A DNA stretch of 64,000 nucleotides from Rhodothermales bacterium (GTDB lineage: Bacteria; Bacteroidota; Rhodothermia; Rhodothermales; VXPQ01). Each line of letters begins with the position of its first letter. Position 1 is the first letter of the stretch. The stretch is taken from assembly GCA_022821845.1 (NCBI GenBank), contig JAJECT010000018.1:20306-84305 (forward strand), given 5' to 3'. Both the position numbers and the translations under genes were made by a program. Shown here piece by piece: positions 8,419 to 17,902 of this stretch. The notes beneath the pieces are model-generated. The model was not told where the DNA came from. It saw only the letters and a list, made by a program, of their open reading frames with translations, and made no database searches.

Positions 8419-10017
8419 ATGCAACACATTCGCCTGCGCAATACCCCCAGCCCCGCTTTCAAGACAGCGATAGCCCTTGCGACGGCCGTCTTACTGGCGG
8501 CCTGTTCGCCCGAAGCGCCCAAACAGGGCGTAAACGTTGCGGCCGCTTCGCAAACGGAAACAGCGGCGGCGGACTCGCTTTTCCAGGAGGAACTGGCGCG
8601 AGATATCCGCACCATTGTTACGGGAGTAAAATCGCCCGCGCAACAAGAAGCGCTCGCGCAGGCCGCCCGCATCGCGCCGGGCCAAATGAACCACGACCTG
8701 CGCGAAATCCTCGTCGATGCGGCGACTTTTGTCAATTATTTAATGCTGCCTGCGTTGAAAGCCGACGATGCCCGTCTGGACAGCCTTTCCCAACTTCTGA
8801 CCCGCGCCTTGCAGCCTCAGTTTTCCCAGGAAGAATTGACGGCAGACATTCTGTCCATCGCATATCGTTTCCATGAAGAAAGCACCCCCCTTGAGCCAGT
8901 GCCTCAAGCGCGCCAGGAAACGGCGGCATGGGTGGCCATGCACATGTCTCCCGGAAAAATGGGAGAAGCATTACGACATGCTGTGATTGAAGGAATAGCA
9001 AGTATAGGCAACGAAAGTTATGGTATGTATACGACCAGGAGATTTCTTTTAGACGCATTGATAAATCAAACCCCCGGGGGCATGGAAACGCTGGCGGCAA
9101 ATCCGAAAGCAGTCGTTGGCCCCGGCATTCTTGACGAAGGTCGTATGTCTTCCTTTACATCTTTCGTCCGGCAAATATCAAGGCAGGGTACACCGGAACC
9201 ATATATCCCTCCGCCAACGCCAAAGCCAGAGATCACGCCCTTTCACGGACTTCTCGCGGCTATACAATCTATCTCGGCGGGCGAAAGGAGAGAACGACAA
9301 CTGGAAGCTGTACGGCATGTGGAAAAAATGGCGGAAGCGGATCCAACGCAGATAGGAGATACGCTACGCACGGCGATAGTAGACGCCTTTTTAGATATGC
9401 ACAACGCGGCAGCAAAGCCAACGTGGAGCAACCCGGGAGCCGAAGTCTACTATAGTTTACTGAACACGCTTGAGCGCCTTATCATAATCGTTGGAAATAC
9501 CCAAACAGTTGAACTTTTTACAGAACTTAATTTGTACGAATACGAATGCGTAGGGACCGTAAGCGAAGGTCTCTTCAAAAATTTTCCCGACCACAGCATT
9601 CCGTTGATCATTGAATCCACTGCTCAACCGCGAACGCTATCTGAAAAAACACCCGACGCACTGTATATTCTGGGCGAAATAATAATCGATTACAAACGAG
9701 GCAGGCTGGATATATCGCAGAATAACAGAGACCTGTTGATCGCCACAACCCGGCGTTTTCTGGAAGAAGACCTCTCGCTTGCGTGGAACACGCGAGGCGC
9801 ATCCAATTCGTATAGCGATTCGAACGTTCTGTCCGCAGCTATCCACTTGGCCATCGCGTTGGACGATCCGGACCTGATAGACATCTTGCAGGAATTGGCG
9901 ACGAATCCGGATAAAATAACCGTGCTCGGCCTTTCCGACGAACAGGTGGAAGATTTTCAGGAAGGCATAAAATGGCGTTTAGGCTGGCGGCCCTATATGG
10001 GACCTTCCGATTGTTAG
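8419..10017 (+). CDS. Large predicted lipoprotein of unknown function, predicted alpha-helical
   Basis: It has a signal peptide with a lipobox (AVLLAAC|SPE). It is a long uninterrupted ORF 31 nt downstream of the AsnB-like gene, and G+C drops towards its 3' end. Confidence 0.7.
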   Translation: MQHIRLRNTPSPAFKTAIALATAVLLAACSPEAPKQGVNVAAASQTETAAADSLFQEELARDIRTIVTGVKSPAQQEALAQAARIAPGQMNHDLREILVDAATFVNYLMLPALKADDARLDSLSQLLTRALQPQFSQEELTADILSIAYRFHEESTPLEPVPQARQETAAWVAMHMSPGKMGEALRHAVIEGIASIGNESYGMYTTRRFLLDALINQTPGGMETLAANPKAVVGPGILDEGRMSSFTSFVRQISRQGTPEPYIPPPTPKPEITPFHGLLAAIQSISAGERRERQLEAVRHVEKMAEADPTQIGDTLRTAIVDAFLDMHNAAAKPTWSNPGAEVYYSLLNTLERLIIIVGNTQTVELFTELNLYEYECVGTVSEGLFKNFPDHSIPLIIESTAQPRTLSEKTPDALYILGEIIIDYKRGRLDISQNNRDLLIATTRRFLEEDLSLAWNTRGASNSYSDSNVLSAAIHLAIALDDPDLIDILQELATNPDKITVLGLSDEQVEDFQEGIKWRLGWRPYMGPSDC

Positions 10018-10085
10018 ATAAATTTATATGAAATATGTTTATTTAAGTCTGTTATCAAAATTTATTAAGAACATTCAAACGCTCA

Positions 10086-11054
10086 CTATTCACTGCGATA
10101 CGGCATATCCAAAAGCCGCAAGGTATGATGGAATATTTCGTTTATGAATTTCGCCCATTCACGTTCAATGTGTAATATTTCTGCGAGAAGAAATACTTTT
10201 TCAATGTGCATGTTGTTGAGTTGATTGCGCATTTCTTTCGTCACCACGCCTGCGATCAGGAAATTTTTCGTTCTTGCAGAGGTTCGGTCAAAAGATTTTT
10301 TAACGGCGCCAAGCCGTTCCAGAGCTCCAGCCGGATCGGTGCCGCCCTTCACTTCAATCGTTGCTATCTCTTTCCAGGAACCGTCCGGCATTGCTTCTTC
10401 AAAGCGGATATCCGGTTCAGAGGCATATACCATACGGAAATGGTCTTGAGGACCCAGGTGCCATGCCGTCCGCGCTTCGTTGACCTGGCAGACAATACCC
10501 GACCGGTTTTCAAGCCATTCCGCGATTCTGTCTTTGACGGATCGTTCCGCTTCCTGCCCAATGATATTCCTGAGTGCGCCATCCTGCGTGATGCCGATAG
10601 TCGCAAGAATGTTACGATAGCCATTTTCGAGCGTCCAGTCTGTAGAACCTCGAATAATGGAAGATATAACGGCATTGTACAGACGAGCGACCCGGAGCGC
10701 CTTTTCTTCCGTAACGCGTACGGCTGCAGGCGCTTTTTCCCAACGATCTATGGCGCCAACAATATCTGCGACCCTCTTGCGGGAAAGCGTGGCGATTCCT
10801 CGATAATGCAAGGACGCATCCGGATGTATGCAGAGCAAATCAGGATGGGCAAAAACAAGCCTGGGCTTGGCGCCCGTTTCCTCAATATGTCGCCATGCTT
10901 CCATGTCAATCCCGAACTGCTCAGGCTTGTCCCATGGAAGATGTCCCGCAAATGCAAGTATCTTGTTGCGAACCGCTTCGTCCGTGCGGGCGCGAATCTT
11001 GTCCGAAATAATGCGTGCGCGTTGGCGCGCAGCCTCCAACTTATTCAGGTCCAT
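10086..11054 (-). CDS. Putative type II restriction endonuclease (PD-(D/E)xK candidate)
   Basis: Its ATG follows the methyltransferase stop codon directly (TAA ATG at 11057-11052 on the minus strand). A PD...ExK-like motif is present (ASEPDIRFEE...ATIEVKGG). Its G+C is lower than that of its neighbours. Confidence 0.55.
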   Translation of the reverse strand: MDLNKLEAARQRARIISDKIRARTDEAVRNKILAFAGHLPWDKPEQFGIDMEAWRHIEETGAKPRLVFAHPDLLCIHPDASLHYRGIATLSRKRVADIVGAIDRWEKAPAAVRVTEEKALRVARLYNAVISSIIRGSTDWTLENGYRNILATIGITQDGALRNIIGQEAERSVKDRIAEWLENRSGIVCQVNEARTAWHLGPQDHFRMVYASEPDIRFEEAMPDGSWKEIATIEVKGGTDPAGALERLGAVKKSFDRTSARTKNFLIAGVVTKEMRNQLNNMHIEKVFLLAEILHIEREWAKFINEIFHHTLRLLDMPYRSE

Positions 11055-12557
11055 TTACGTTCGCTGCCAGTGATATACGCATTTACGAATTTCCTGCCGA
11101 CCGAATCGCCCCATCTGCTGGCTGGAATTTCCCTTCCCCCTGGGTAGAGCCCAAATAGTATTGCAACGAAAACCTGACCGTTCGGCAAAATCGGAGAGGA
11201 TCAGATCCACAGGGGCCTCTTCGCCATGATAACGCACATTGTCGTTGACCATGAAAACATGCCCCCCAGGCGCCACGACGCGAGCAAGTTCTGTAATGAC
11301 AACCGCCATTTCCGTGAAATAGTGTAGAAGCAGGCCGATAACGTTACGATTGCCGAGCTCGTCCGCGTGCGCGCGAAGAATAGTCAGAACCTCTGCCAGC
11401 GCAGCATTGGCGTCCACCATCTCAAAAACGCGGCACAACGAGTCAGACGCCCCATATACCCTTGCGAGCTCGTCCCGCTTGGATCGATTTTCGACGGTCG
11501 CAGACAGCAACGCTTGTCGGAGCGTCTTGAACGCCTGTTCATCGTACCCCAGGAACGCCAATTCAAGCGCATACGTGCGGGTATAGTCATACCGATTCGC
11601 ATAAGGTGGCGACGTGACGACCGTATCGAACGACCTGTCGTCGAGATTTCGCAATTCGGTCAGACAGGAACCCCCTATCAACTCCGGCGATGGACCGCCA
11701 TACGTGCGCTTGACAACTGGAATATCCGCGATAATCTGATCCAGGCGGCGTTTCAGCGCGGAGCCGAGCGACGGCAATGGCCCCTTGTCGAGCCGGGTGC
11801 TGTTCGTTCGACCGGAACGAGGATCCCACCGAAGATACTGCCCGTCTTTCCGGGTGTAACTGACATCCTCAATAACCGTCATGCAAGCGAAGTTCAGAAC
11901 AGTCGCAAGGGACGCATCGGACAATCCGGCAAGGAATGTCCGCGCTCTTGCGATGTCTTCCTCAGCTTGCTGCGAAAAAGCCCCCCGCGTGATACGAACA
12001 TGCGGGAAACGCCGCTTTTCGTCCGCTTCGCCGGATTCGATATGCCGAAGCAATCTTGCCGAAGCGTCTGTCAATGTTCCGGGGGAAAGTCCGTTAGCAA
12101 CGGCGGCGATAGCGCCCGCAGCCAGGTTCCCGATCGGCATGATTTCGATACCCGTAGCGCGCTTGCCCATACGGCTGGCCGTCAACGCAGTAGTCCCGAT
12201 ACCGGAAAAGGGATCAAGAACGCGGTTTCCGCCGCCTGTATTCAACAGGCGTTCTACGAGCCGCGTGGAAAACCCTTCCTTGTATTTCATCCAGCGAAAA
12301 CCCGGAATGCTTTTGTTGCCCTGATAAGAAACAAGGCGCCGGGTCAGGTCATAGTCGATGCGGATCCGGCTTGCAAAGCGGGCAAGCAGTTCGCTGCGCG
12401 CGGAAGTTGGCCCGCCATTCGGCGACAGAGCAGGCCGGGAAGCAGGTTTGGCCGCCAGGGGCAACGTCGTCTGGATCACTTTTTTAGACCCTTGGGGGTG
12501 ACTGTGAGATTCGGATAAAGGTACGACAACAATGTGCATTGGTTCGCCGCAGGACAT
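11055..12557 (-). CDS. DNA methyltransferase (N4-cytosine or N6-adenine class)
   Basis: The AdoMet-binding motif is VLDPFSGIGTTALTA. The catalytic motif IV is VVTSPPYANRYDY. The start could instead be the ATG at 12539. Confidence 0.85.
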   Translation of the reverse strand: MSCGEPMHIVVVPLSESHSHPQGSKKVIQTTLPLAAKPASRPALSPNGGPTSARSELLARFASRIRIDYDLTRRLVSYQGNKSIPGFRWMKYKEGFSTRLVERLLNTGGGNRVLDPFSGIGTTALTASRMGKRATGIEIMPIGNLAAGAIAAVANGLSPGTLTDASARLLRHIESGEADEKRRFPHVRITRGAFSQQAEEDIARARTFLAGLSDASLATVLNFACMTVIEDVSYTRKDGQYLRWDPRSGRTNSTRLDKGPLPSLGSALKRRLDQIIADIPVVKRTYGGPSPELIGGSCLTELRNLDDRSFDTVVTSPPYANRYDYTRTYALELAFLGYDEQAFKTLRQALLSATVENRSKRDELARVYGASDSLCRVFEMVDANAALAEVLTILRAHADELGNRNVIGLLLHYFTEMAVVITELARVVAPGGHVFMVNDNVRYHGEEAPVDLILSDFAERSGFRCNTIWALPRGKGNSSQQMGRFGRQEIRKCVYHWQRT

Positions 12558-12573
12558 CGGAAAACCGCTTTTC

Positions 12574-14622
12574 CTACCCCTCCCTGCCCCCCACCTCCTC
12601 GCTCGCCATTGCCCACTGGGCGTACGCCGTATCGAGGTCTTCCTGCATCCGCTCGTATTCGGCGCGCAGCGTACGAATCAGGGCTCCGTTCCGATACGCG
12701 TCCGGGGCCGCCATCTGCTCCTGCATTTCCTGAAAAGCCTGCTCCTTTTCGGCGATTTCCCGTTCCAGGCGGTCGCAATACGCACGCAACTGATGGGTCG
12801 TCATCGCTTCGGGATCGACCGCACCGCCCTGCTTCATGGCCCGGTGCAGACGGTTGCGTTCTTCGGCTTCCCGCCGCTTCTGCTCCTTTGAGCGCGGCCC
12901 GCCGGAACCCTTCCCGGCCGTTTCGGACCGACGCTTTCGAGGCGCCTTTCCGCCCAGCCCCTTCAAAGCCTGCCCTTCCGGTTCGGAACGCGCGCCTCCA
13001 AACCCCATGCGCTCCCTGTTTTCGGAATAAGCGCCAATGAACGTACGCACCTGCCCCGCTGCGGCGTACCAGACGCGGTTGGCCACGCGGTCCAGAAAAT
13101 GCCGGTCGTGGCTGATGACGACAAACGCGCCGGAATACTGGCGCAACGCTTCGACCAGCACCGGAATCGACGCCGCGTCGAGATGGTTGGTCGGCTCGTC
13201 GAGGATCAGGAAATTGGACGGGCGGAGCAAGGTGCGGGCCAGCGTAACCCGGCTCTTTTCTCCCCCGGACAGCACCCGAATGCGCTTGAACACATCGTCC
13301 CCCGTAAACAGAAAGGCGCCCAGCACGGAGCGCAGTTCCCCATCCGTTTTGTCCCCGGCGGCCCGGCGCAGCGATTCGAGAATCGTGTCCGCCGGTTCCA
13401 GCATATCCGCCTGATGCTGGGCGAAAAAGGCATGCTCTACGCGGTAGCCCAACGTCCGCTCGCCCTCGAACGGCTCAGTCCCGTTGAGCATGCGCGCGAG
13501 GGTGGATTTGCCCGCCCCGTTCTTCCCGATCAGGGCAATTTTGTCCCCGCGTTCGACCGCAAGCGGCCCGGCGTTCTCGAAAACGCGAATATCGCCATCC
13601 TCGGTGCGATAGGCTTTGGAAAACGGGCTTAGTTCCAACGCCACGCGCCCGGACCTCGGCGGCTCCGGGAAACGAATGCGCACGGCGGCCTCCTCCGACG
13701 GGGCAGGAGGAATGCGCTTCAGCCGTTCGAGCATTTTCACGCGGCTCTGCACCTGTTTCGCCTTGGACGCCTTGTACCGAAACCGCTCGATGAACCGTTC
13801 CGTGGCGGCGATTTCCCGTTGCTGATTCTCGTGCGCAGCCTGCTGAAGGGCGCGCCGTTCAACGCGTTCCCGGAGATAAAAACTGTAGTTGCCGGCGTAG
13901 GAGTGAATGCGCCCCTGGGCCAGTTCGGCGATGGCCGTCACCATCCGATCCAGAAAATACCGGTCGTGGGAAACGATGACTACGGTCCCCTCGTAGCCTT
14001 TCAGGTGGTTCTCCAGCCAGTCGATACTTTCGATGTCGAGGTGATTGGTCGGCTCGTCAAGCAGCAAATAGTCCGGTTGCCGAAGCAGCAGCCGGGCCAG
14101 CATCGCCCGCATCCGCCACCCCCCGGAAAAAGACTTCACCGGGCGTTCCATATCTTCGGCGGCGAATCCGAGGCCGGCAAGCACCACTTCCGCCTTCGGG
14201 CGAATCATATGGGCCTCGCGCAGGGCCAGTGCCGCATGGACGCGGTCCAGCGCATGAAGCCGCCCGGCGTACTCGGCGCCCTCGTGGTTCTGCAACCCCT
14301 CCAGTTCGGAAACGAGTTGCGCTTCCTCGGCCTGAAGGTCCCGAATGTCCGAGAATCCTTTCAGCGCCTCGTCCAGAATAGACGCCTCGGAGTCGAGCGC
14401 CTGCACATCCTGCTCCAGATACCCGATAGATGTGCGAGCGCCCATGGCCAACCGCCCCTCGTCCGGCTCGATATGCCCTTCAACGAGGCGGAGCATGGTG
14501 GTTTTGCCCGCGCCGTTCTTCCCGATCAGCCCGATGCGTTCCCCGACAGGAATGCTCCACGACAAGCGGTCGAAAAGCACCTGATCGGCAAAACGGAGCG
14601 ATATGTCCTGGAACTGGATCAT
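12574..14622 (-). CDS. ABC-F family ATPase (Uup/YheS-like) with tandem ABC domains and a C-terminal coiled coil
   Basis: It has two Walker A motifs (GKNGAGKTT and GKNGAGKST). It has two signature motifs (FSGGWRMR and LSGGEKSR). It has no TM domain and ends in a basic, coiled-coil tail. Confidence 0.9.
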   Translation of the reverse strand: MIQFQDISLRFADQVLFDRLSWSIPVGERIGLIGKNGAGKTTMLRLVEGHIEPDEGRLAMGARTSIGYLEQDVQALDSEASILDEALKGFSDIRDLQAEEAQLVSELEGLQNHEGAEYAGRLHALDRVHAALALREAHMIRPKAEVVLAGLGFAAEDMERPVKSFSGGWRMRAMLARLLLRQPDYLLLDEPTNHLDIESIDWLENHLKGYEGTVVIVSHDRYFLDRMVTAIAELAQGRIHSYAGNYSFYLRERVERRALQQAAHENQQREIAATERFIERFRYKASKAKQVQSRVKMLERLKRIPPAPSEEAAVRIRFPEPPRSGRVALELSPFSKAYRTEDGDIRVFENAGPLAVERGDKIALIGKNGAGKSTLARMLNGTEPFEGERTLGYRVEHAFFAQHQADMLEPADTILESLRRAAGDKTDGELRSVLGAFLFTGDDVFKRIRVLSGGEKSRVTLARTLLRPSNFLILDEPTNHLDAASIPVLVEALRQYSGAFVVISHDRHFLDRVANRVWYAAAGQVRTFIGAYSENRERMGFGGARSEPEGQALKGLGGKAPRKRRSETAGKGSGGPRSKEQKRREAEERNRLHRAMKQGGAVDPEAMTTHQLRAYCDRLEREIAEKEQAFQEMQEQMAAPDAYRNGALIRTLRAEYERMQEDLDTAYAQWAMASEEVGGREG

Positions 14623-14743
14623 GGGGGACTGGCCCGCACTCGTAGAAGCCGCACACGCTACGAAAAATCACGGAGATGCGCCAGCCCGGCCCGTAAGAGA
14701 ATACGCCGCCTGGGGCCAAAACCTCCTCAACGAGGCCAAATCC

Positions 14744-15601
14744 TCAACTACCCCGGAAGCGTTCCAGCAATTCGTACCGCCTCCGTTCCAGGATGTGCGT
14801 AATCAGCCGAATCCAGCGCGCATGAAAAAGAAGGCCCGCCAGACCCAGCACGGCCATCGTCGGAAAAATTATTTCCCGGGTTTGCGAAAAGAAATACAAA
14901 GAAACGACGAACGCCATGCTCAAAACGGTCAATACCCAAAAAACGGGCACGATCCACCGGGACGGGATTGCGTCTTTGGAAACAGTATCTACGCGATACG
15001 GATCCCCGTGCCCCGCATCGCGAAATTTGAGATTCAGGTTCGTACGCGCGACCGGCTGAAAAGCGGTAACGGCGAACGCAAGCAGATAATTGCCGACGCC
15101 CAAAACATACAAGCCCGAAGCGCCTGTCATAAACACGTCGCCCCAATCTCCCCGAACCAGCGCGGATGCGACCACCAAGACGCCGAAAAAAAGCGCGGCG
15201 AATACGTGGAATGCGTATACGACGATCCAGGCAATGTGGCTTTCCGATACGGGCCTTGCCAGCAACCCGTCATAGAATCGGCTTCGGGAAATAAGCAAAA
15301 AAGAAGAAATCGGAACCGTTAGCATAAGGTACAGCACCAGGGAATACCCATCGGGAGAATGGCTCAATGCAGAAGCCAGTCCGACGAGTAGCACAAAGCC
15401 GAAAACCATAAGCGCCAGGCGAGGACGCCTGTTCCGCAACTGGAGCTTCCACTCCACGGAAAGAAGCGCCCATCGCAATCCCCGAACCGCTTGCGGGCGG
15501 TCAGCGCGTTGTCCCTTTTGCACAACCGATAAAGCCATAGCCAGTCCTCGCAAATAAACAGGCGACCGGTCGTCGCGCCTATACCGCCACCGACCGGGCA
15601 A
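14744..15601 (-). CDS. Multi-pass membrane protein, half-size paralog of the two upstream ABC-associated membrane proteins
   Basis: It shares the motifs EWKLQLRNRRPR and SRFYDGLLARPVS with the products of 16369-17895 and 17903-19387. The start may be the ATG at 15538. Confidence 0.7.
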   Translation of the reverse strand: MPGRWRYRRDDRSPVYLRGLAMALSVVQKGQRADRPQAVRGLRWALLSVEWKLQLRNRRPRLALMVFGFVLLVGLASALSHSPDGYSLVLYLMLTVPISSFLLISRSRFYDGLLARPVSESHIAWIVVYAFHVFAALFFGVLVVASALVRGDWGDVFMTGASGLYVLGVGNYLLAFAVTAFQPVARTNLNLKFRDAGHGDPYRVDTVSKDAIPSRWIVPVFWVLTVLSMAFVVSLYFFSQTREIIFPTMAVLGLAGLLFHARWIRLITHILERRRYELLERFRGS

Positions 15602-16289
15602 AGAATCGTTCCAGTTCCTTCAGGGTCTCGTCCGAAATCAGTTCGTCCCGCTCGATCCGCCCCTGATGCAGCAGCAGAATGCGCTCGCAAGCGTCCGTAA
15701 CGTGACCCAGATCATGGCTCGAAACCAGAATCGTCGCTTTCGTCTCCTGCGAAATTTCAGCCAGAATCTGCTGCAAGGCGTATTGCGACGTGGGGTCCAG
15801 GTTCGCGAACGGCTCGTCCAGCACCAGCACGGAAGGCTTCACCAGCAACGCCGCCAGCAGCCCCACTTTCTTTCGGTTGCCCGCCGAAAGGTCGCGGATC
15901 AACTTGCCCGTACCCAGCACCTCCTCCGTAAACAGGTTCGCGTACCGCCGCTCCCCCGCCTCGATCTCTTCCAGAGACATCCCGTACGCCTTCCCCACGA
16001 AACTGAAATACTCCTCCGCATTCAGAAAATCGATCAGGAAACCTTCGTCGAGATAGGAACCCGTGTGCGACTTCCAGCCGGTCGTCTTGTCCACGCGCTC
16101 GCCGCCAAGCGACACATGCCCCTTCGTAGCCTGAACCAGGTCCAGCACCAGCCGGAGCATCGTGGTCTTGCCCGCTCCGTTGTTCCCCACGAGGCCCACC
16201 ACCTGACCGTCGGGTATCTCCAGATGCGGAACGTCTACGGCGACCACATCGCCGTACTCCTTGACAAGGTCTTTCAGAATGATCTCCAT
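15579..16289 (-). CDS. ABC transporter ATP-binding protein
   Basis: It starts MEIILKDLVKEYGD. Walker A is GNNGAGKTT, the signature is LSAGNRKK and Walker B is LVLDEPF. The ORF-track N-terminal extension is rejected. Confidence 0.9.
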   Translation of the reverse strand: MEIILKDLVKEYGDVVAVDVPHLEIPDGQVVGLVGNNGAGKTTMLRLVLDLVQATKGHVSLGGERVDKTTGWKSHTGSYLDEGFLIDFLNAEEYFSFVGKAYGMSLEEIEAGERRYANLFTEEVLGTGKLIRDLSAGNRKKVGLLAALLVKPSVLVLDEPFANLDPTSQYALQQILAEISQETKATILVSSHDLGHVTDACERILLLHQGRIERDELISDETLKELERFFARSVAV

Positions 16290-16368
16290 GGCGCAGCGCG
16301 GGACAAAGGGACAAAAAGTTTCACCTGGGAAAAAACCAGACGCAAAACCTGCCTTCAGGTTCCCCGCG

Positions 16369-17895
16369 TTATACCCGAAACCGCCCCAGGACAACGTACC
16401 GACGCGCGCGCAGGCGGCGAGCAAGGCGTTTGGTCAGCCATGGCTGGAAACAAAGTCCCACCAAGCCCAACGCGCCCAGCGATAGCCCAAGCCATACTCT
16501 GGATACGGACTGCAAAAGCGCTAAAATGCCAGGCAATGCAAGAATAAGGATAAAAAAGCAATTCATGAGTATCGCCTGTGTATTTACAACGAATATCAAT
16601 GAAATATTGGGTTCCATCACATTGGCATTGGGCGGACGCGGAACAGGAAACAAAATATTTAAAAATAATGCCGTATAATTTATAATTCCCATGCTAAATA
16701 ATAAAATACCATGTACAAAAATCCATTCAAAATAAATTATTTTATAAAATAACATATTAATTGATATAATGGAGAATATAAAAATAATTACAATTGTCAA
16801 AATTCCTCGATGAGATATCGATAAAAGAATTCGCAGTAATGTATTTTCGGATATTGGCCACACATTCATGCCATCGTAAAAAGAGTGTCTGAAATCCAAT
16901 GCAGAAGCAAAATACATTAATGAATACAGAATCAAATATAATAGATTTAATTCAATAAAAGGAATATTTATAAAATCCATCTCATTGCCAAGCGCAGTGA
17001 TCATAAAAATAACAAAAAACATCATCCCCATAGAAGCCATCGCTATCACGCGGGGCTGCCTGTTTCTCAGTATGAGCTTCCATTCGCAAGAACGCAATTC
17101 TGCCGTCAGGTTCCGAGCGTTGCGTTTGGTTCTGAACACCCTTTTCTTGCCCATGAAACCGGACGCAGCCGAATAGTCCATATACAGACTCTGGCGCACG
17201 CTCCGCACAGCCCCGTAAAACAGACCGCCTCCCAGGATGGCCAGAAGCATTGACGGCCAGGCCGCCCCTGTTTCGGCGGCGTGGAAAAGCGTGGCGGAAG
17301 CGACAGACAACATGCGCGTCTCGTACCCCCATTCAAGCGCCGCCAACGCTGCAACGCAAAGCCATATCCCCAGCAGCGGCAGATACCCTCTTCCTCGCCA
17401 GAAACGAAGGATATTCGCCGCAAAGTGCATGCATGCATACGCCAGACACAGAACCAGCAGCCAGTTCCAAGCGAAAGCCACATCCCGGAGATACAGATTT
17501 TTGACCCAAAACCCCGTTATGAACGTCAATGCGAACAGGTTAAACTTGCCGCACAGCATAACGATCTGATAAAACAACGCCAACTTCTGTCTGGCCGTTG
17601 GGGTAGCGAGATACGGGAAAAGCGGTACGTGCGCCCTGCGACGAAGCAGCATGCCATCGACAAGGCCGCCTATGATAAGCGCCGGGGCCAAAACCGGATT
17701 CACGCGAGCAAGCAAATCGACGGAAGGGTCGATCTCCAGAAATCGCACGACGGAAAAACCCATATAAAAGGCATAGAGCAAGACAGGCGCCCAAAAGCAA
17801 AGCGCCATAAGCACATTGCCCCCCAAAATCCACGTTCCAAACGGAGACCGCAGGGTCCGCTTCAGATAATGCGAGACCAGAGAATGGACAAGCAT
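16369..17895 (-). CDS. ABC-associated multi-pass membrane protein (putative permease, uncharacterised family)
   Basis: It has about 12 hydrophobic segments. It is a paralog of 17903-19387: MLVHSLVSHYLKR vs MLIRSLASNYLKS, CEWKLILRNRQPR vs FEWKLIWRNKRPR, and FRHSFYDGMNVWPIS vs FRSTFYDGLMSRPVS. Confidence 0.8.
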   Translation of the reverse strand: MLVHSLVSHYLKRTLRSPFGTWILGGNVLMALCFWAPVLLYAFYMGFSVVRFLEIDPSVDLLARVNPVLAPALIIGGLVDGMLLRRRAHVPLFPYLATPTARQKLALFYQIVMLCGKFNLFALTFITGFWVKNLYLRDVAFAWNWLLVLCLAYACMHFAANILRFWRGRGYLPLLGIWLCVAALAALEWGYETRMLSVASATLFHAAETGAAWPSMLLAILGGGLFYGAVRSVRQSLYMDYSAASGFMGKKRVFRTKRNARNLTAELRSCEWKLILRNRQPRVIAMASMGMMFFVIFMITALGNEMDFINIPFIELNLLYLILYSLMYFASALDFRHSFYDGMNVWPISENTLLRILLSISHRGILTIVIIFIFSIISINMLFYKIIYFEWIFVHGILLFSMGIINYTALFLNILFPVPRPPNANVMEPNISLIFVVNTQAILMNCFFILILALPGILALLQSVSRVWLGLSLGALGLVGLCFQPWLTKRLARRLRARRYVVLGRFRV

Positions 17896-17902
17896 AGCCC
17901 CC

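Noticed and set aside
6715-10017. A lasso-peptide (or other RiPP) cluster around the AsnB-like gene.
   Set aside because: No transglutaminase-like protease, PqqD-like RRE, short precursor ORF or dedicated ABC exporter lies adjacent. The idea is kept only as a remark in the finding.
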